Below, one piece after another: positions 19,268-28,682 of a stretch of 64,000 nt of DNA. Made by a program: the position numbers and the translations under genes. This DNA comes from Candidatus Hydrogenedentota bacterium (lineage in GTDB: Bacteria; Hydrogenedentota; Hydrogenedentia; Hydrogenedentales; SLHB01). The DNA lies in the NCBI GenBank assembly GCA_045863335.1, contig BTVY01000028.1, positions 34,009-98,008 on the forward strand, given 5' to 3'. Under the pieces are notes generated by a model. That model made no database searches and was not told the DNA's origin. It was given only the letters and a program-made list of their open reading frames with translations. Each line of letters starts with the position of its first letter. The first letter of the stretch is position 1.

Positions 19268-19338
19268 GGCGGATTCCTCTCGAAAGCTGATACTCCGTAC
19301 CGCGTCAGTATCGCATGCATCCGTTCAAGAGAACAAAA

Positions 19339-19413
19339 CAGGCGTCCCGCCCTCTCTCTAGCGTGACGGTATTCCGTCTTGCTTCAAGACTGCAGGCGGG
19401 ACGCCTGCGCTAC
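19339..19413. repeat. GTAG-type REP doublet (GTAGCGCAGGCGTCCCGCCTGC)
   Basis: CAGGCGTCCCGCC (19339-19351) is a perfect inverted repeat of GGCGGGACGCCTG (19395-19407); the second copy ends in CGCTAC. Confidence 0.65.
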
Positions 19414-19443
19414 TAACTGGTGTCTGGGCTCGCCAGGCTTCCG

Positions 19444-20544
19444 TCAATTAGCTTTACGGCCGGCGACGCCCTTCGTCGACTTCGTGATCTTTTTCGCCGC
19501 TTCCTTTGGTCGCAGTGCGCGCGTTGCTGCGCCGGCGCGCCACATCTCGCTGTTGCCGATCTCGCCAAGTTCCTTGGCCAACTGCTTCTGGTAATCCTTC
19601 TTACCGCAGGACTGCAGCACGCGCGCCGTTTCCTTGCCGGTCTTCACCCGCGTGTAGAGTTCCTCGAACAGAGGTAGAACTGCCTTCTTGAACTTCGGCT
19701 TCCAGTCGAGCGCGCCGCGCTGCGCCGTAGCGGAGCAGTTCGCGTACATCCAGTCCATGCCGTTCTCATCGACAAGACGAATAAGACTTTGCGTCAGCTC
19801 TTCAACGGTCTCGTTGAAGGCCTCGCTTGGGCTGTGACCGTGTTTGCGCAAGGTGTCATATTGCGCTTCCATGATTCCCGCCAGCGCGCCCATCAGCACG
19901 CCGCGCTCGCCGGTGAGATCACTCCAGACTTCATGTTCAAACGTCGTCGGGAACAGATAGCCCGAACCAATGCCGATCCCGATCGCGATGCAACGTTCGC
20001 GCGCGTGACCCGTCGCGTCCTGATGAACGGCGAAGCTTGAGTTGATGCCCGCGCCGGACAGGAAATTCCGGCGAACGGAAGTGCCCGAACCTTTCGGCGC
20101 GACCAGCAGCACATCGACGAAGTCCGGCGGAATCACCTTGGTCTGATCGCGGTACACGATGGAGAAGCCGTGCGAAAAGTACAGCGCGTCACCGGGATTC
20201 AGATTCTTCTTGACGAGCGGCCACAGCGCCTTCTGCGCGGCATCGGACACCAGGTACTGCACAATTGTTGCCCGCTGCACCGCTTCCTCGATGTCGAACA
20301 AGGTCTTGCCGGGTTTCCACCCGTCTTTCACCGCGCGATCCCAATCCCGCTTGAACGCCCTGGACTGGCCGATGATGACATTGAAACCGTTGTCACGCAT
20401 GTTGAGCGACTGCGCCGGCCCCTGCACGCCATACCCGATGATCGCAATGGTTTCGTTCTTGAGAACGCGGCGCGCCTTCGCCAAGGAAAACTCCTTGCGC
20501 GTGATGACGTCTTCTTTGACTCCCCCGAAATCGACTTTTGCCAT
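19444..20544 (-). CDS. ilvC: Ketol-acid reductoisomerase (Bacteroidota/fungal Ilv5-like type)
   Basis: IGYGVQG, FSHGFS, APKGSG, SDLTGERGVLMG, EAFNETVEE, NCSATAQRGA. Confidence 0.95.
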   Translation of the reverse strand: MAKVDFGGVKEDVITRKEFSLAKARRVLKNETIAIIGYGVQGPAQSLNMRDNGFNVIIGQSRAFKRDWDRAVKDGWKPGKTLFDIEEAVQRATIVQYLVSDAAQKALWPLVKKNLNPGDALYFSHGFSIVYRDQTKVIPPDFVDVLLVAPKGSGTSVRRNFLSGAGINSSFAVHQDATGHARERCIAIGIGIGSGYLFPTTFEHEVWSDLTGERGVLMGALAGIMEAQYDTLRKHGHSPSEAFNETVEELTQSLIRLVDENGMDWMYANCSATAQRGALDWKPKFKKAVLPLFEELYTRVKTGKETARVLQSCGKKDYQKQLAKELGEIGNSEMWRAGAATRALRPKEAAKKITKSTKGVAGRKAN

Positions 20545-20652
20545 GATGCTTCCCCCTGTATTCGATGGAGGTGGCCGCCGCGGCGTTCACTCAAACCTGA
20601 CGTATCGTCGCACAACGCGCGCCACCGTTTCCCCCGGTTAGACTACCTCGAT

Positions 20653-20681
20653 ATGGTATCTAAGTTACCCGTTTGGCGCAA
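20653..20681 (-). promoter_or_regulatory. Candidate ilvC promoter
   Basis: Minus strand reads TTGCGC-17 nt-TACCAT. Confidence 0.45.
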
Positions 20682-20761
20682 CTTGCACACCTTGTCGCCC
20701 AGCGCTTGGCCCACCTGCGCCGTATTCCCGCGGACCGCAACCGCTGGGTCGTTAAAACATC

Positions 20762-20790
20762 TGGACAAATTAGGGGGTTTGGGATAGACT
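20762..20790 (+). promoter_or_regulatory. Candidate promoter of the DUF1559 gene
   Basis: TGGACA-17 nt-TAGACT, about 220 nt upstream of ATG 21011. Confidence 0.5.
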
Positions 20791-21010
20791 GCAACCCGCA
20801 AGGCTGGTAAGGCAGGAACGGTAGACAGGGGTTATATTACCGCGAGATTCGTCCTCCTCTAGACGTTTCAGGGCGGTTTCGTAATACTCCAAACTCTAAG
20901 CGGTATTCGCGTTCGCGAGACCCCTCCCTCGGAAAACTCCACCGGCGCCGGCAAAGTACTCATTGATCCTGATGTAGCATTGTGTAGTACAACTCGCAGG
21001 AGGGGCATTC

Positions 21011-22021
21011 ATGAAGTTGCGTTATCGTTCCGGGTTCACGTTGATCGAACTGTTGGTGGTCATTGCCATTATCGGCATCTTGGCCGCGATCCTACTCCCA
21101 GCCTTGGCTCGGGCGCGGGAAGCCGCCCGCAGGGCCAGTTGCCAGAACAACCTGAAGCAGATGGGTATCGTGTTCAAAATGTACGCGAACGAAGCGCGGG
21201 GAGGTGACTTCCCACCGCTCTACGCCGACTATCAGGCAGACGCATACGACTGCGACGCGTTTACGGATAGCGCATCGGTCGAGGGCGCCGTGCCGGTCGG
21301 CACGGTGGATGTCTACGAACCCATGCCCGATCCCAGGGCCATCTATCCCGAATATCTCACCGATCCTGCCATCATGGTGTGCCCGTCCGATGCCACATTG
21401 ACAACAGAAGCGTGGACTTCAAGCGGCGGAGCCAGCTATTTCCACAAGGTCTGCGACGGGACCGACGATCAGGGCAGCCGTGCTGGCCAAGACAGTTATT
21501 TGTACTTCGGACACATATTCGACAAGTGCGATGGCGATGACACGCCCATCGACGGCGCGTCGATCGGTTTCCCCGCTGGTACAGGCAACATCTGCCTGCA
21601 GTCTGTCCTTTGGGATGTCGCAGCGCGCACCCTCAATGGCTGGCCGAGCGAAGCCACGGCAGATGCAATTCTAGGAGACATCGACATCGAAGACGCCGCT
21701 GGGGCGCTCAGTATTCCGGCCGGTAATTACGGAAATGGAGGCACGAATACGCTCTTCCGGTACCGTGAAGGCGTTGAGCGCTTCATGATTACCGATATCA
21801 ACAACCCGGCCGGCAGTTCGATGGCCCAGTCCGAGATCTGGATCTATTTCGACACCGTGACCACGACCGTCAGCATCAGCCGCGTTGATTTCAACCACAT
21901 TCCCGGTGGATCCAATGTCCTCTATATGGATGGTCACGTCGAATTCATGCGGTATGACGAAGGTGGTGATGCCCCCTGCAACGGGAACTCCGCGCGCGGC
22001 ATCGCCGTTTCTATCGGCTAA
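21011..22021 (+). CDS. Prepilin-type N-terminal cleavage/methylation protein, DUF1559 / H-X9-DG family
   Basis: [37 protein letters not shown]; CPSD; C-terminal [16 protein letters not shown]; AGGAGG RBS. Confidence 0.92.
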   Translation: MKLRYRSGFTLIELLVVIAIIGILAAILLPALARAREAARRASCQNNLKQMGIVFKMYANEARGGDFPPLYADYQADAYDCDAFTDSASVEGAVPVGTVDVYEPMPDPRAIYPEYLTDPAIMVCPSDATLTTEAWTSSGGASYFHKVCDGTDDQGSRAGQDSYLYFGHIFDKCDGDDTPIDGASIGFPAGTGNICLQSVLWDVAARTLNGWPSEATADAILGDIDIEDAAGALSIPAGNYGNGGTNTLFRYREGVERFMITDINNPAGSSMAQSEIWIYFDTVTTTVSISRVDFNHIPGGSNVLYMDGHVEFMRYDEGGDAPCNGNSARGIAVSIG

Positions 22022-22045
22022 CCACACACAGTGTTCCAGGTAGTC

Positions 22046-22080
22046 AGGGGCCCCGCCAGCATGGCGGGGCCCCTCATCTT
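22046..22080 (+). terminator. Stem-loop terminator
   Basis: 13-bp stem AGGGGCCCCGCCA / TGGCGGGGCCCCT, 25 nt after the stop; weak U-tract. Confidence 0.6.
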
Positions 22081-22291
22081 CCGGCGCCGTCTACTCTTGG
22101 CGTTGCCCTGAATCCCCCTTTGAGCTTTGAACGGGGATTTGGCGGAATGTCCCTCAGATACTCAAAAGGTCATTGGACGAGTTTCGAATTCGGTAGGCTA
22201 CCCAATGGTTTGAAAGTTAGCCAGATGCTGTGCTCGTATTTCGTGCGGAGCGTCGGTTTGCAACTTAGTGCTACCTTGGCTCGCCCGGAGT

Positions 22292-23188
22292 TCACGGACT
22301 GACTAAGGTCCGAAGTGCTCCTTCGAGTTCAGGCAAGTCAAACACGTACCCAGAATCCACCAAGCGTTTCGGGTAGACGCGCGTGCTTGCCAGAAGCGCC
22401 TCGTCCGCGAACTCGCCTGACACCAGGCGCATGGCAAACGCCGGGGCCCGCATGATGGTCGGCCGCGACACAACATGTCCGAGCGCCTTCGTAAATTCAC
22501 GATTGGTGACCGGGTTGGGTGACACAATATTGACCGGTCCCGCGAGGTTCTCGTCGTCCAGGATGTAGTTCACCCCTCCGACAACGTCCTGTATCGCCAC
22601 CCAACTCATGTATTGATCCCCCGAGCCGACCACGCCTCCCAAGCCGAGTTTGAATTGCTTCACCAGCATGGGCAGCATGCCGCCTTCTGAACTCATCACC
22701 AGCCCAAACCGCAAATTGACGACGCGGATCCCGCGCTCCCGCGCCGGCCCGGTTTCCGCCTCCCAATCCTCGCAGAGCTGACTGAAAAAGCCGTCACCGG
22801 GTCTGCTGTCCTCATCACAAATCTCGTCGCCGCGACCGCCATAGATCCCGATGGCGGAAGCGCACAGCCACGTCTTCGGGGGGTTCTCCATTGAGCACAA
22901 TCGCTCGCACAGGAACCGCGTTGTCTTGATGCGGCTATCCCGAATCGCCCGCTTCTTTTTCTCGGTCCACCGAATGCTGAAGATGTTCTCGCCGGAGAGG
23001 TGGATCAGTGTATCCACGCCGTCGAAGGCGCCGGACTGCAACTCCCCCTCGTACGGTTTCCACCTCGCCTCATCTTCATTCTTAGGCTCCGAACGCACGA
23101 GCCGTATAACGCGATGGCATCTTCCACTGAGGTCGTCCACAAGTGCTGAACCGAGAAATCCGGAGGCCCCGCTGATAAGGATTCTCAT
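22292..23188 (-). CDS. TIGR01777 family NAD-dependent epimerase-like oxidoreductase
   Basis: MRILISGASGFLG, HLSGENI, SRI..T, ASAIGIYG, GSGDQYMSWV, GPVNIVSP, P.RL..SGY.F. Confidence 0.9.
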   Translation of the reverse strand: MRILISGASGFLGSALVDDLSGRCHRVIRLVRSEPKNEDEARWKPYEGELQSGAFDGVDTLIHLSGENIFSIRWTEKKKRAIRDSRIKTTRFLCERLCSMENPPKTWLCASAIGIYGGRGDEICDEDSRPGDGFFSQLCEDWEAETGPARERGIRVVNLRFGLVMSSEGGMLPMLVKQFKLGLGGVVGSGDQYMSWVAIQDVVGGVNYILDDENLAGPVNIVSPNPVTNREFTKALGHVVSRPTIMRAPAFAMRLVSGEFADEALLASTRVYPKRLVDSGYVFDLPELEGALRTLVSP

Positions 23189-23421
23189 GGCAAGTACCGT
23201 CTCCACGGGTGTTGTGATGAAATTGTCGTCTCGTTGCAATGATAAACATCGGAAAGCATGGTTGAATTCACGGATGCAGCGATTACCAGTTCACGCGGAT
23301 TATTTATGAAGAAGTGTGTCAGTCGCTTGAAGACAACGCTAATCCGCGACGCCTCAATTCGGCCGCAAGACATTTCGTACCAGCGCGTTATCCAGACAAT
23401 CAGGCAGAGATGGATTTTTTT

Positions 23422-23466
23422 GTTTGACATCAAACGATTTTGCATGATACAATTTGGACGTCAACA
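23422..23466 (+). promoter_or_regulatory. Promoter with overlapping palindromic operator(s) upstream of marR
   Basis: TTGACA (23424)-18 nt-TACAAT (23448) with TG extension; palindrome GTTTGACATCAAAC (23422-23435) and a related TTTGGACGTCAAC just after the -10. Confidence 0.65.
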
Positions 23467-23481
23467 CAAGAAAGGAAGCCA

Positions 23482-23979
23482 ATGCCGCTCGACCGCGAAT
23501 TGAATCTCGAGGCCCCCTTCAAGGACGTCTGCCACGAATCGGTCCTGAGTATCATCCGGACTGCCAGCGTGTTATCCAACGCCGGCGACCACCTCTTCCG
23601 GCAGTTCGACTTGACGGAAGCACAGTTTAACGTCTTGTTCTCGCTGAAGTACAACCCGCACAACGTGACGCAAACCGACTTGGGCAAGCGCCTGGTGGTG
23701 ACCCGGGCCAGCATCACGTCGGTGCTCGACAAGTTGGAAAGTAAAGGGCTCGTCGAACGCCGCGATGTCCCCAACAACCGGCGGAGTTATCACGTGGTCT
23801 TGACCGGGAAGGGGCTCGCGCTGGTGGACGAAGTGGAACCATTGTACCGGGAGAATATCTACAAGGCCATGGAGGGCCTTGGCGAGAAGGACTGCCGTCA
23901 GTTGATACGGCTCCTGGAGAAGATTCGCACGCAGGTTGGCGCGATTCAGGAAACGTTGTCCGGCGCGCGCTCCTCGTAG
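23482..23979 (+). CDS. MarR family transcriptional regulator
   Basis: LTEAQFNVL, TQTDLGKRL.VTRASIT..LDKLE.KGLVER...NRRS..V.LT.KG; AGGAAG RBS before ATG 23482. Confidence 0.92.
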   Translation: MPLDRELNLEAPFKDVCHESVLSIIRTASVLSNAGDHLFRQFDLTEAQFNVLFSLKYNPHNVTQTDLGKRLVVTRASITSVLDKLESKGLVERRDVPNNRRSYHVVLTGKGLALVDEVEPLYRENIYKAMEGLGEKDCRQLIRLLEKIRTQVGAIQETLSGARSS

Positions 23980-24062
23980 CGGCTGAACACTGCAAGGTAC
24001 TATACTGAAGGGATGAAGGCGAAGGTCCTACGGTGCGGTAGGCCTTAACAGAGGGTTTCCTC

Positions 24063-27000
24063 ATGAATGCATCGGTACCTGATTTCGATACGCCCCGCAA
24101 GCGCTACCACGCGCGCGGATTCTGGTCGCTGGTGGTGACCCAGTTCCAGGGCGCTTTCAACGACAACCTCTACAAACTGGTCATGGTGTTCGCGCTCGCG
24201 GCATACGCGGCCGAGGCGGGCACGAACTCCGAGCGCGGGTTTATCATGGCCGTCGCAGGCGTTGTACTCGCAGTTCCGTTCATCGTGTTTCCCGGGTTCT
24301 TCGGATCCTTGTCGGACCGGTTCAGCAAGAAACGCGTCGCAGTCTGGACGAAGTATCTCGAAGTCGGCGTCATGGCGCTTGGCGCGCTCGGTTTCTTTCT
24401 GCACGAGCCGATGCTTCTCTGGGTAGTCATGTTTCTGATGGCAAGCCAGTCTGCCATGTTCGGACCGGCTAAATACGGCATTCTGCCGGAGATGCTCCCC
24501 GAGGAGCGGCTATCCTGGGCAAACGGTATCATCCAGATGTCCACGATGATCGCCATCATCGCCGGTACCGCTCTCGCCGGATACCTCTTCGAAGGGCTCG
24601 GAATCGACCGTGTCTTCATGGCCGGTGGCGTGCTCATGGGGCTGTCGGTTATCGGCTTGCTCTCTTCCTATGGCATCACCGAACCTCCCGCGGCGAATCC
24701 GGAACGCCGCCTAAGCGTGAATCCGTGGTCGGGGATGAGCCGCGATTTCCGGATCATCTGGCGCGATCGCTGGCTTCGCATGATCGTCGTCGGCTACACG
24801 TACTTCTGGTTCGCGGGCGCTCTCCTGTTTACCGCCATCATGGACTTCGTGGAAGTCCAGCTCGGTCTCGGAGAATCGGCGACGGGCGTGTTAAGCGCCG
24901 TGCTGTCGCTCGGCATCGGCGCGGGAGCCATGGCGGCCGGGTATGTCTCCCGCGGGAAGATCGAGGTCGGTCTCGTCCCCATGGGCGCTGTGCTGCTCGC
25001 GTTGGGCTGTCTCCTCATGCCCTGGCTGGGGGTTTCGTACCCCGCGGCAGCCGTCATGCTCTTGCTGATCGGTTTTGGCGGCGGCCTGTTCGACGTTCCG
25101 CTGGCGGCGGGCTTGCAACAGCTGAGTCCCAAAGAGTCCCGCGGCGGCATCATTGCAACCACGAACATGATGACGTGGGTCGGCATTCTACTGGGCAACG
25201 TGACGTATATAGCCTTGGGTCAGATTGGTCTCGGCAGCCGCGTGGCGTTCTTGTTCACGGGAGCGGCGACCTTGGCCGTGCTGGCCGTATCTTGCGCGAT
25301 TCTGCCTATCATCCTGGTCCGTTCGGTGCTGTGGGTATTGTCCAACACCATCTATCGCCTGAAGGTCGCCGGACGCGAGAACATCCCCGAACAGGGCGGC
25401 GCGCTGCTGGTCGCGAATCACGTGTCTTTCATCGACGCGCTGGTGATCACGGCCGCTATCGATCGGCCCATCCGTTTCATCATGGCGGACGAAATCTACC
25501 AGGTGCGGTGGATTCGGCCTATCGCGAAAATGATGAACGCCATCCCCATCTCGGCCATGGGAGGACCGCGCGAACTCGTCCAGTCGTTGCGTACGGCAAC
25601 GGACGCCATTCAGAACCGCGAATTGGTCTGCATCTTCGCCGAAGGGCAGATCTCGCGCACGGGTCAGATGCTGCCATTCCGTAAAGGGTTCGAGCGGATT
25701 ATGAAAGGTGTCGAAGCGCCGATCATTCCGGTATACCTGGACCAGCTTTGGGGCAGCATCTTCAGTTTTGCGAACGGCAAGTTCTTCTTCAAGAAACCGC
25801 GCCGCATCCCCTACCCCATCGGCGTATGCATCGGAAAGCGTCTGCCCCACGATAGCGACTCGGCACACGTGCGCACCTCGGTACAGGAGTTGGGCACCGA
25901 GGCCTACATGATGCGCGAACTGGAGTGTCCCCTACTGCATCGCGCCTTCGTGCGAACCGCGCGCAAGCACCCCTTCATGATGGCTATCGGCGACGGCCGC
26001 ACGCCAAAACTTTCGTTCTTCAAAACCTACGTAGGTTCCATCGCGCTGGCGCGCAAGCTCAAGAATATACTGGGACCGGAGGAAATGATCGGCCTGCTGC
26101 TGCCCCAATCCGTCGGCGGCGCGTTAGCAAACATCGCCGTCCAATTCATGGGCAAAGTCGCCGTGAACCTCAACTACACCGCGTCGGCCCAGTCCATCGC
26201 CTCCGCCGCGCGGCAGTGCGGCATTACGCAAGTCTTGACCGCGAAGGAATTCCTGGAAAGATTCCCTATCGACGTTCCGGGCACCCCCGTATTCCTTGAT
26301 GATGTGAAGAAATCGATCACCGCAGGCGACCGCATCATGGCAACACTTATCGCCTTGTTCTGTCCCGTTCGCGTCGTCGAGCGCTTGTGCGGTTGCGCGA
26401 AGCCCCGCACGGAAGAGGATCTCTGCACGATCATCTTCTCAAGCGGCAGCGAAGGCGAGCCCAAGGGCGTCATGCTGACGCACAAGAATGTGTTGTCCAA
26501 CGTGGAAAGCATCGCTCAGGTGTTTCCCCACGAAACCGGCGACGGGATCATGGGCATCCTGCCCTTCTTCCACTCGTTCGGATTCATGGGCACCCTGTGG
26601 CTGCCCATGTGGCGCGGGTTCTTCGCGGCGTACCATCCGAACCCCCTCGACGCGAAGATTATCGGACAGTTGGTCTACAAGTATCAGCCGCGGTTCCTGA
26701 TCGCCACGCCCACTTTCCTGCAAGGCTTCATCCGCCGGTGCCTGCCGGAGGAATTCAGCAGTCTCGAATACGTCGTGACCGGCGCGGAGAAGCTCCCGAC
26801 CCGCGTGCGCGAGGCTTTCCGCGCCAAGTTCGGCGTGGAACCGCTGGAAGGCTACGGCACGACGGAATGTTCGCCCGCGGTCTCCATCAATGTGCCGGAC
26901 TATCGCGTGCCCGGCTTCTTCCAGAAAGGCACGAAGCACGGCACCATCGGCCAGGCCATGCCGGGCGTTTCCGTGAAAGTGACCGACCCCGATACCGGCG

Positions 27001-27503
27001 AACGCCTGAACATCGGCGAAGCCGGGGTGCTTTGGGTAAAGGGCCCCAATATTATGAAGGGCTATCTCGGCCAGCCCGAAAAGACGGCTGAGGTGCTCCA
27101 GGACGGCTGGTACAACACCGGCGATATCGCGTCGATCGATGAAGATGGGTTCATCACCATCACCGACCGGCTCGCGCGCTTCAGCAAGATCGGCGGCGAG
27201 ATGGTCCCGCACAACAAGGTCGAGGAGACGCTGCATCACCTGCTGGATATTCACGAGCAGACCTTCGCGGTCACCAGCGTGCCCGACGAGCAAAAAGGCG
27301 AACGCCTGGTCGTCTTGCACACGCTCATGGACGGCGAACTGGAAGTGCTTGTCGACAAGCTGAAAGACTGCGACCTCCCCAACTTGTGGCGGCCGAAGGC
27401 GACGTCCTTCTATCGCATTGCTGAGATTCCCGTCCTTGGCACCGGCAAGATGGATCTCAAGAAGATCAAGAGCCTCGCGAAGGAAATGGATGTAGGCGAG
27501 TAA
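24063..27503 (+). CDS. aas: Acyl-[ACP]--phospholipid O-acyltransferase: LplT-like MFS + PlsC acyltransferase + acyl-ACP synthetase fusion
   Basis: TQFQGAFNDNLYK and FGPAKYGILPE (LplT); NHVSFID and FAEG (acyltransferase); FSSGSEGEPKG, EGYGTTE, YNTGD, RFSKIGGE, GTGK (adenylation domain). Confidence 0.92.
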   Translation: MNASVPDFDTPRKRYHARGFWSLVVTQFQGAFNDNLYKLVMVFALAAYAAEAGTNSERGFIMAVAGVVLAVPFIVFPGFFGSLSDRFSKKRVAVWTKYLEVGVMALGALGFFLHEPMLLWVVMFLMASQSAMFGPAKYGILPEMLPEERLSWANGIIQMSTMIAIIAGTALAGYLFEGLGIDRVFMAGGVLMGLSVIGLLSSYGITEPPAANPERRLSVNPWSGMSRDFRIIWRDRWLRMIVVGYTYFWFAGALLFTAIMDFVEVQLGLGESATGVLSAVLSLGIGAGAMAAGYVSRGKIEVGLVPMGAVLLALGCLLMPWLGVSYPAAAVMLLLIGFGGGLFDVPLAAGLQQLSPKESRGGIIATTNMMTWVGILLGNVTYIALGQIGLGSRVAFLFTGAATLAVLAVSCAILPIILVRSVLWVLSNTIYRLKVAGRENIPEQGGALLVANHVSFIDALVITAAIDRPIRFIMADEIYQVRWIRPIAKMMNAIPISAMGGPRELVQSLRTATDAIQNRELVCIFAEGQISRTGQMLPFRKGFERIMKGVEAPIIPVYLDQLWGSIFSFANGKFFFKKPRRIPYPIGVCIGKRLPHDSDSAHVRTSVQELGTEAYMMRELECPLLHRAFVRTARKHPFMMAIGDGRTPKLSFFKTYVGSIALARKLKNILGPEEMIGLLLPQSVGGALANIAVQFMGKVAVNLNYTASAQSIASAARQCGITQVLTAKEFLERFPIDVPGTPVFLDDVKKSITAGDRIMATLIALFCPVRVVERLCGCAKPRTEEDLCTIIFSSGSEGEPKGVMLTHKNVLSNVESIAQVFPHETGDGIMGILPFFHSFGFMGTLWLPMWRGFFAAYHPNPLDAKIIGQLVYKYQPRFLIATPTFLQGFIRRCLPEEFSSLEYVVTGAEKLPTRVREAFRAKFGVEPLEGYGTTECSPAVSINVPDYRVPGFFQKGTKHGTIGQAMPGVSVKVTDPDTGERLNIGEAGVLWVKGPNIMKGYLGQPEKTAEVLQDGWYNTGDIASIDEDGFITITDRLARFSKIGGEMVPHNKVEETLHHLLDIHEQTFAVTSVPDEQKGERLVVLHTLMDGELEVLVDKLKDCDLPNLWRPKATSFYRIAEIPVLGTGKMDLKKIKSLAKEMDVGE

Positions 27504-27556
27504 AACTGCGTAGTCGCGACTACCTCTTCGCCAGCGACACGCTTGGGGATTTGGCA

Positions 27557-28540
27557 ATGAACGACGCAGTCGCCGAATCGAAACCGATCGATATCAGTGA
27601 ATCCACACCCAGCACCTCCCGCGTGCTTCGTCGATTACGCGCCGGTGTCATGACGCTTATCGTCGCCCTGTGTTTCTGGGGTGGTTACCGGGGCGTGACC
27701 GGTTGGCTCGTCGACCGCGAGGACGAACGCGCGCCGCGCAATTCCGTTACCGGATTCATGTTGGGCGCGGAGCCACGCGACCTTGGCCCTGAAGATGCAA
27801 CGAAGGCGGCACTCTTCGTCCATGGCTATGCCGGCTGTGGCAATAATTTCCGCGATGTGCCCGATCGCCTGGCCGAGGAAGGCTGGCGCGTACGCGTACT
27901 CCTGCTGCCGGGCCACGGCACGAGCCCCAGGGATCTCGAGCACATCTCGGCCGATACCCTCATCGACACGGTCGTAGCGGAAGCAGAAACATTACGCGAA
28001 GAGCACGGCAAGGTCATCCTGGTCGGACATTCCATGGGAAGCGCGTTAAGCACCATCGCCGCGTCGCAGACGAAAGTCGACGGGCTCGTCCTCGGCGGCG
28101 CATACTTCGGCGTTACCCACCGCTGGTACTACGGACTACGCCCGGAAACCTGGACCGTCATCGGCAGTCGCCTCGTCCGCTGGGTCTACAAAGGCGATCT
28201 GTTTTTGCAAGTCGATGACCGGAGTGTGAAAGACGACATCATCTGCTACACGTGGTTGCCGACACAATCGGGAGTCATGCTGAACGACCTTGGTCGGCGC
28301 GTGCGCGCGCCGGAGGTGTTGAACAACGTGAACTGCCCGGTGCTGATGCTGCACTCCCATGGGGATGTTGCAGCATCTCCCGAAGCCGCGGAGCGCGCGT
28401 TTGAAGGGATGGCGGCTACCGACAAGGAACTCGTGTGGCTGCCCAATTCCAACCACCACATCTACTGGGACTACGACCGCGATCAGGTCGAGCGCGAAAT
28501 CGCGAAATTCGCGGTGAGTGTGAGCGGTCAGCCGAAGTAG
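27557..28540 (+). CDS. Membrane-anchored alpha/beta hydrolase (carboxylesterase / monoacylglycerol lipase-like)
   Basis: N-terminal TM helix; HGY, LPGHG, GHSMG nucleophile elbow, D (HGD), H (SNHH). Confidence 0.85.
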   Translation: MNDAVAESKPIDISESTPSTSRVLRRLRAGVMTLIVALCFWGGYRGVTGWLVDREDERAPRNSVTGFMLGAEPRDLGPEDATKAALFVHGYAGCGNNFRDVPDRLAEEGWRVRVLLLPGHGTSPRDLEHISADTLIDTVVAEAETLREEHGKVILVGHSMGSALSTIAASQTKVDGLVLGGAYFGVTHRWYYGLRPETWTVIGSRLVRWVYKGDLFLQVDDRSVKDDIICYTWLPTQSGVMLNDLGRRVRAPEVLNNVNCPVLMLHSHGDVAASPEAAERAFEGMAATDKELVWLPNSNHHIYWDYDRDQVEREIAKFAVSVSGQPK

Positions 28541-28583
28541 AACGCGCGGTAAACGCGGCTGAAACCGCGTCCGCGGCATATCC

Positions 28584-28682
28584 CTATCCCTTCTTGCCGA
28601 AAATCCGCGCGAAGCAATACACGTTGAGGGCGATGATGAGTGACCACGAAACGCCCATCAGTATCCACGCGCCCGCAGTCAT
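28584..28682 (-). CDS. 32-aa single-TM small protein, MetS-like small subunit of the NSS transporter
   Basis: MTAGAWILMGVSWSLIIALNVYCFARIFGKKG; its ATG overlaps the TGA of the NSS gene (ATGA coupling), with GAGGA upstream. Confidence 0.7.
   Translation of the reverse strand: MTAGAWILMGVSWSLIIALNVYCFARIFGKKG

Noticed and set aside
20545-20650. Ile/Leu/Val attenuator peptide upstream of ilvC
   Set aside because: No short ORF enriched in branched-chain codons and no terminator hairpin found.
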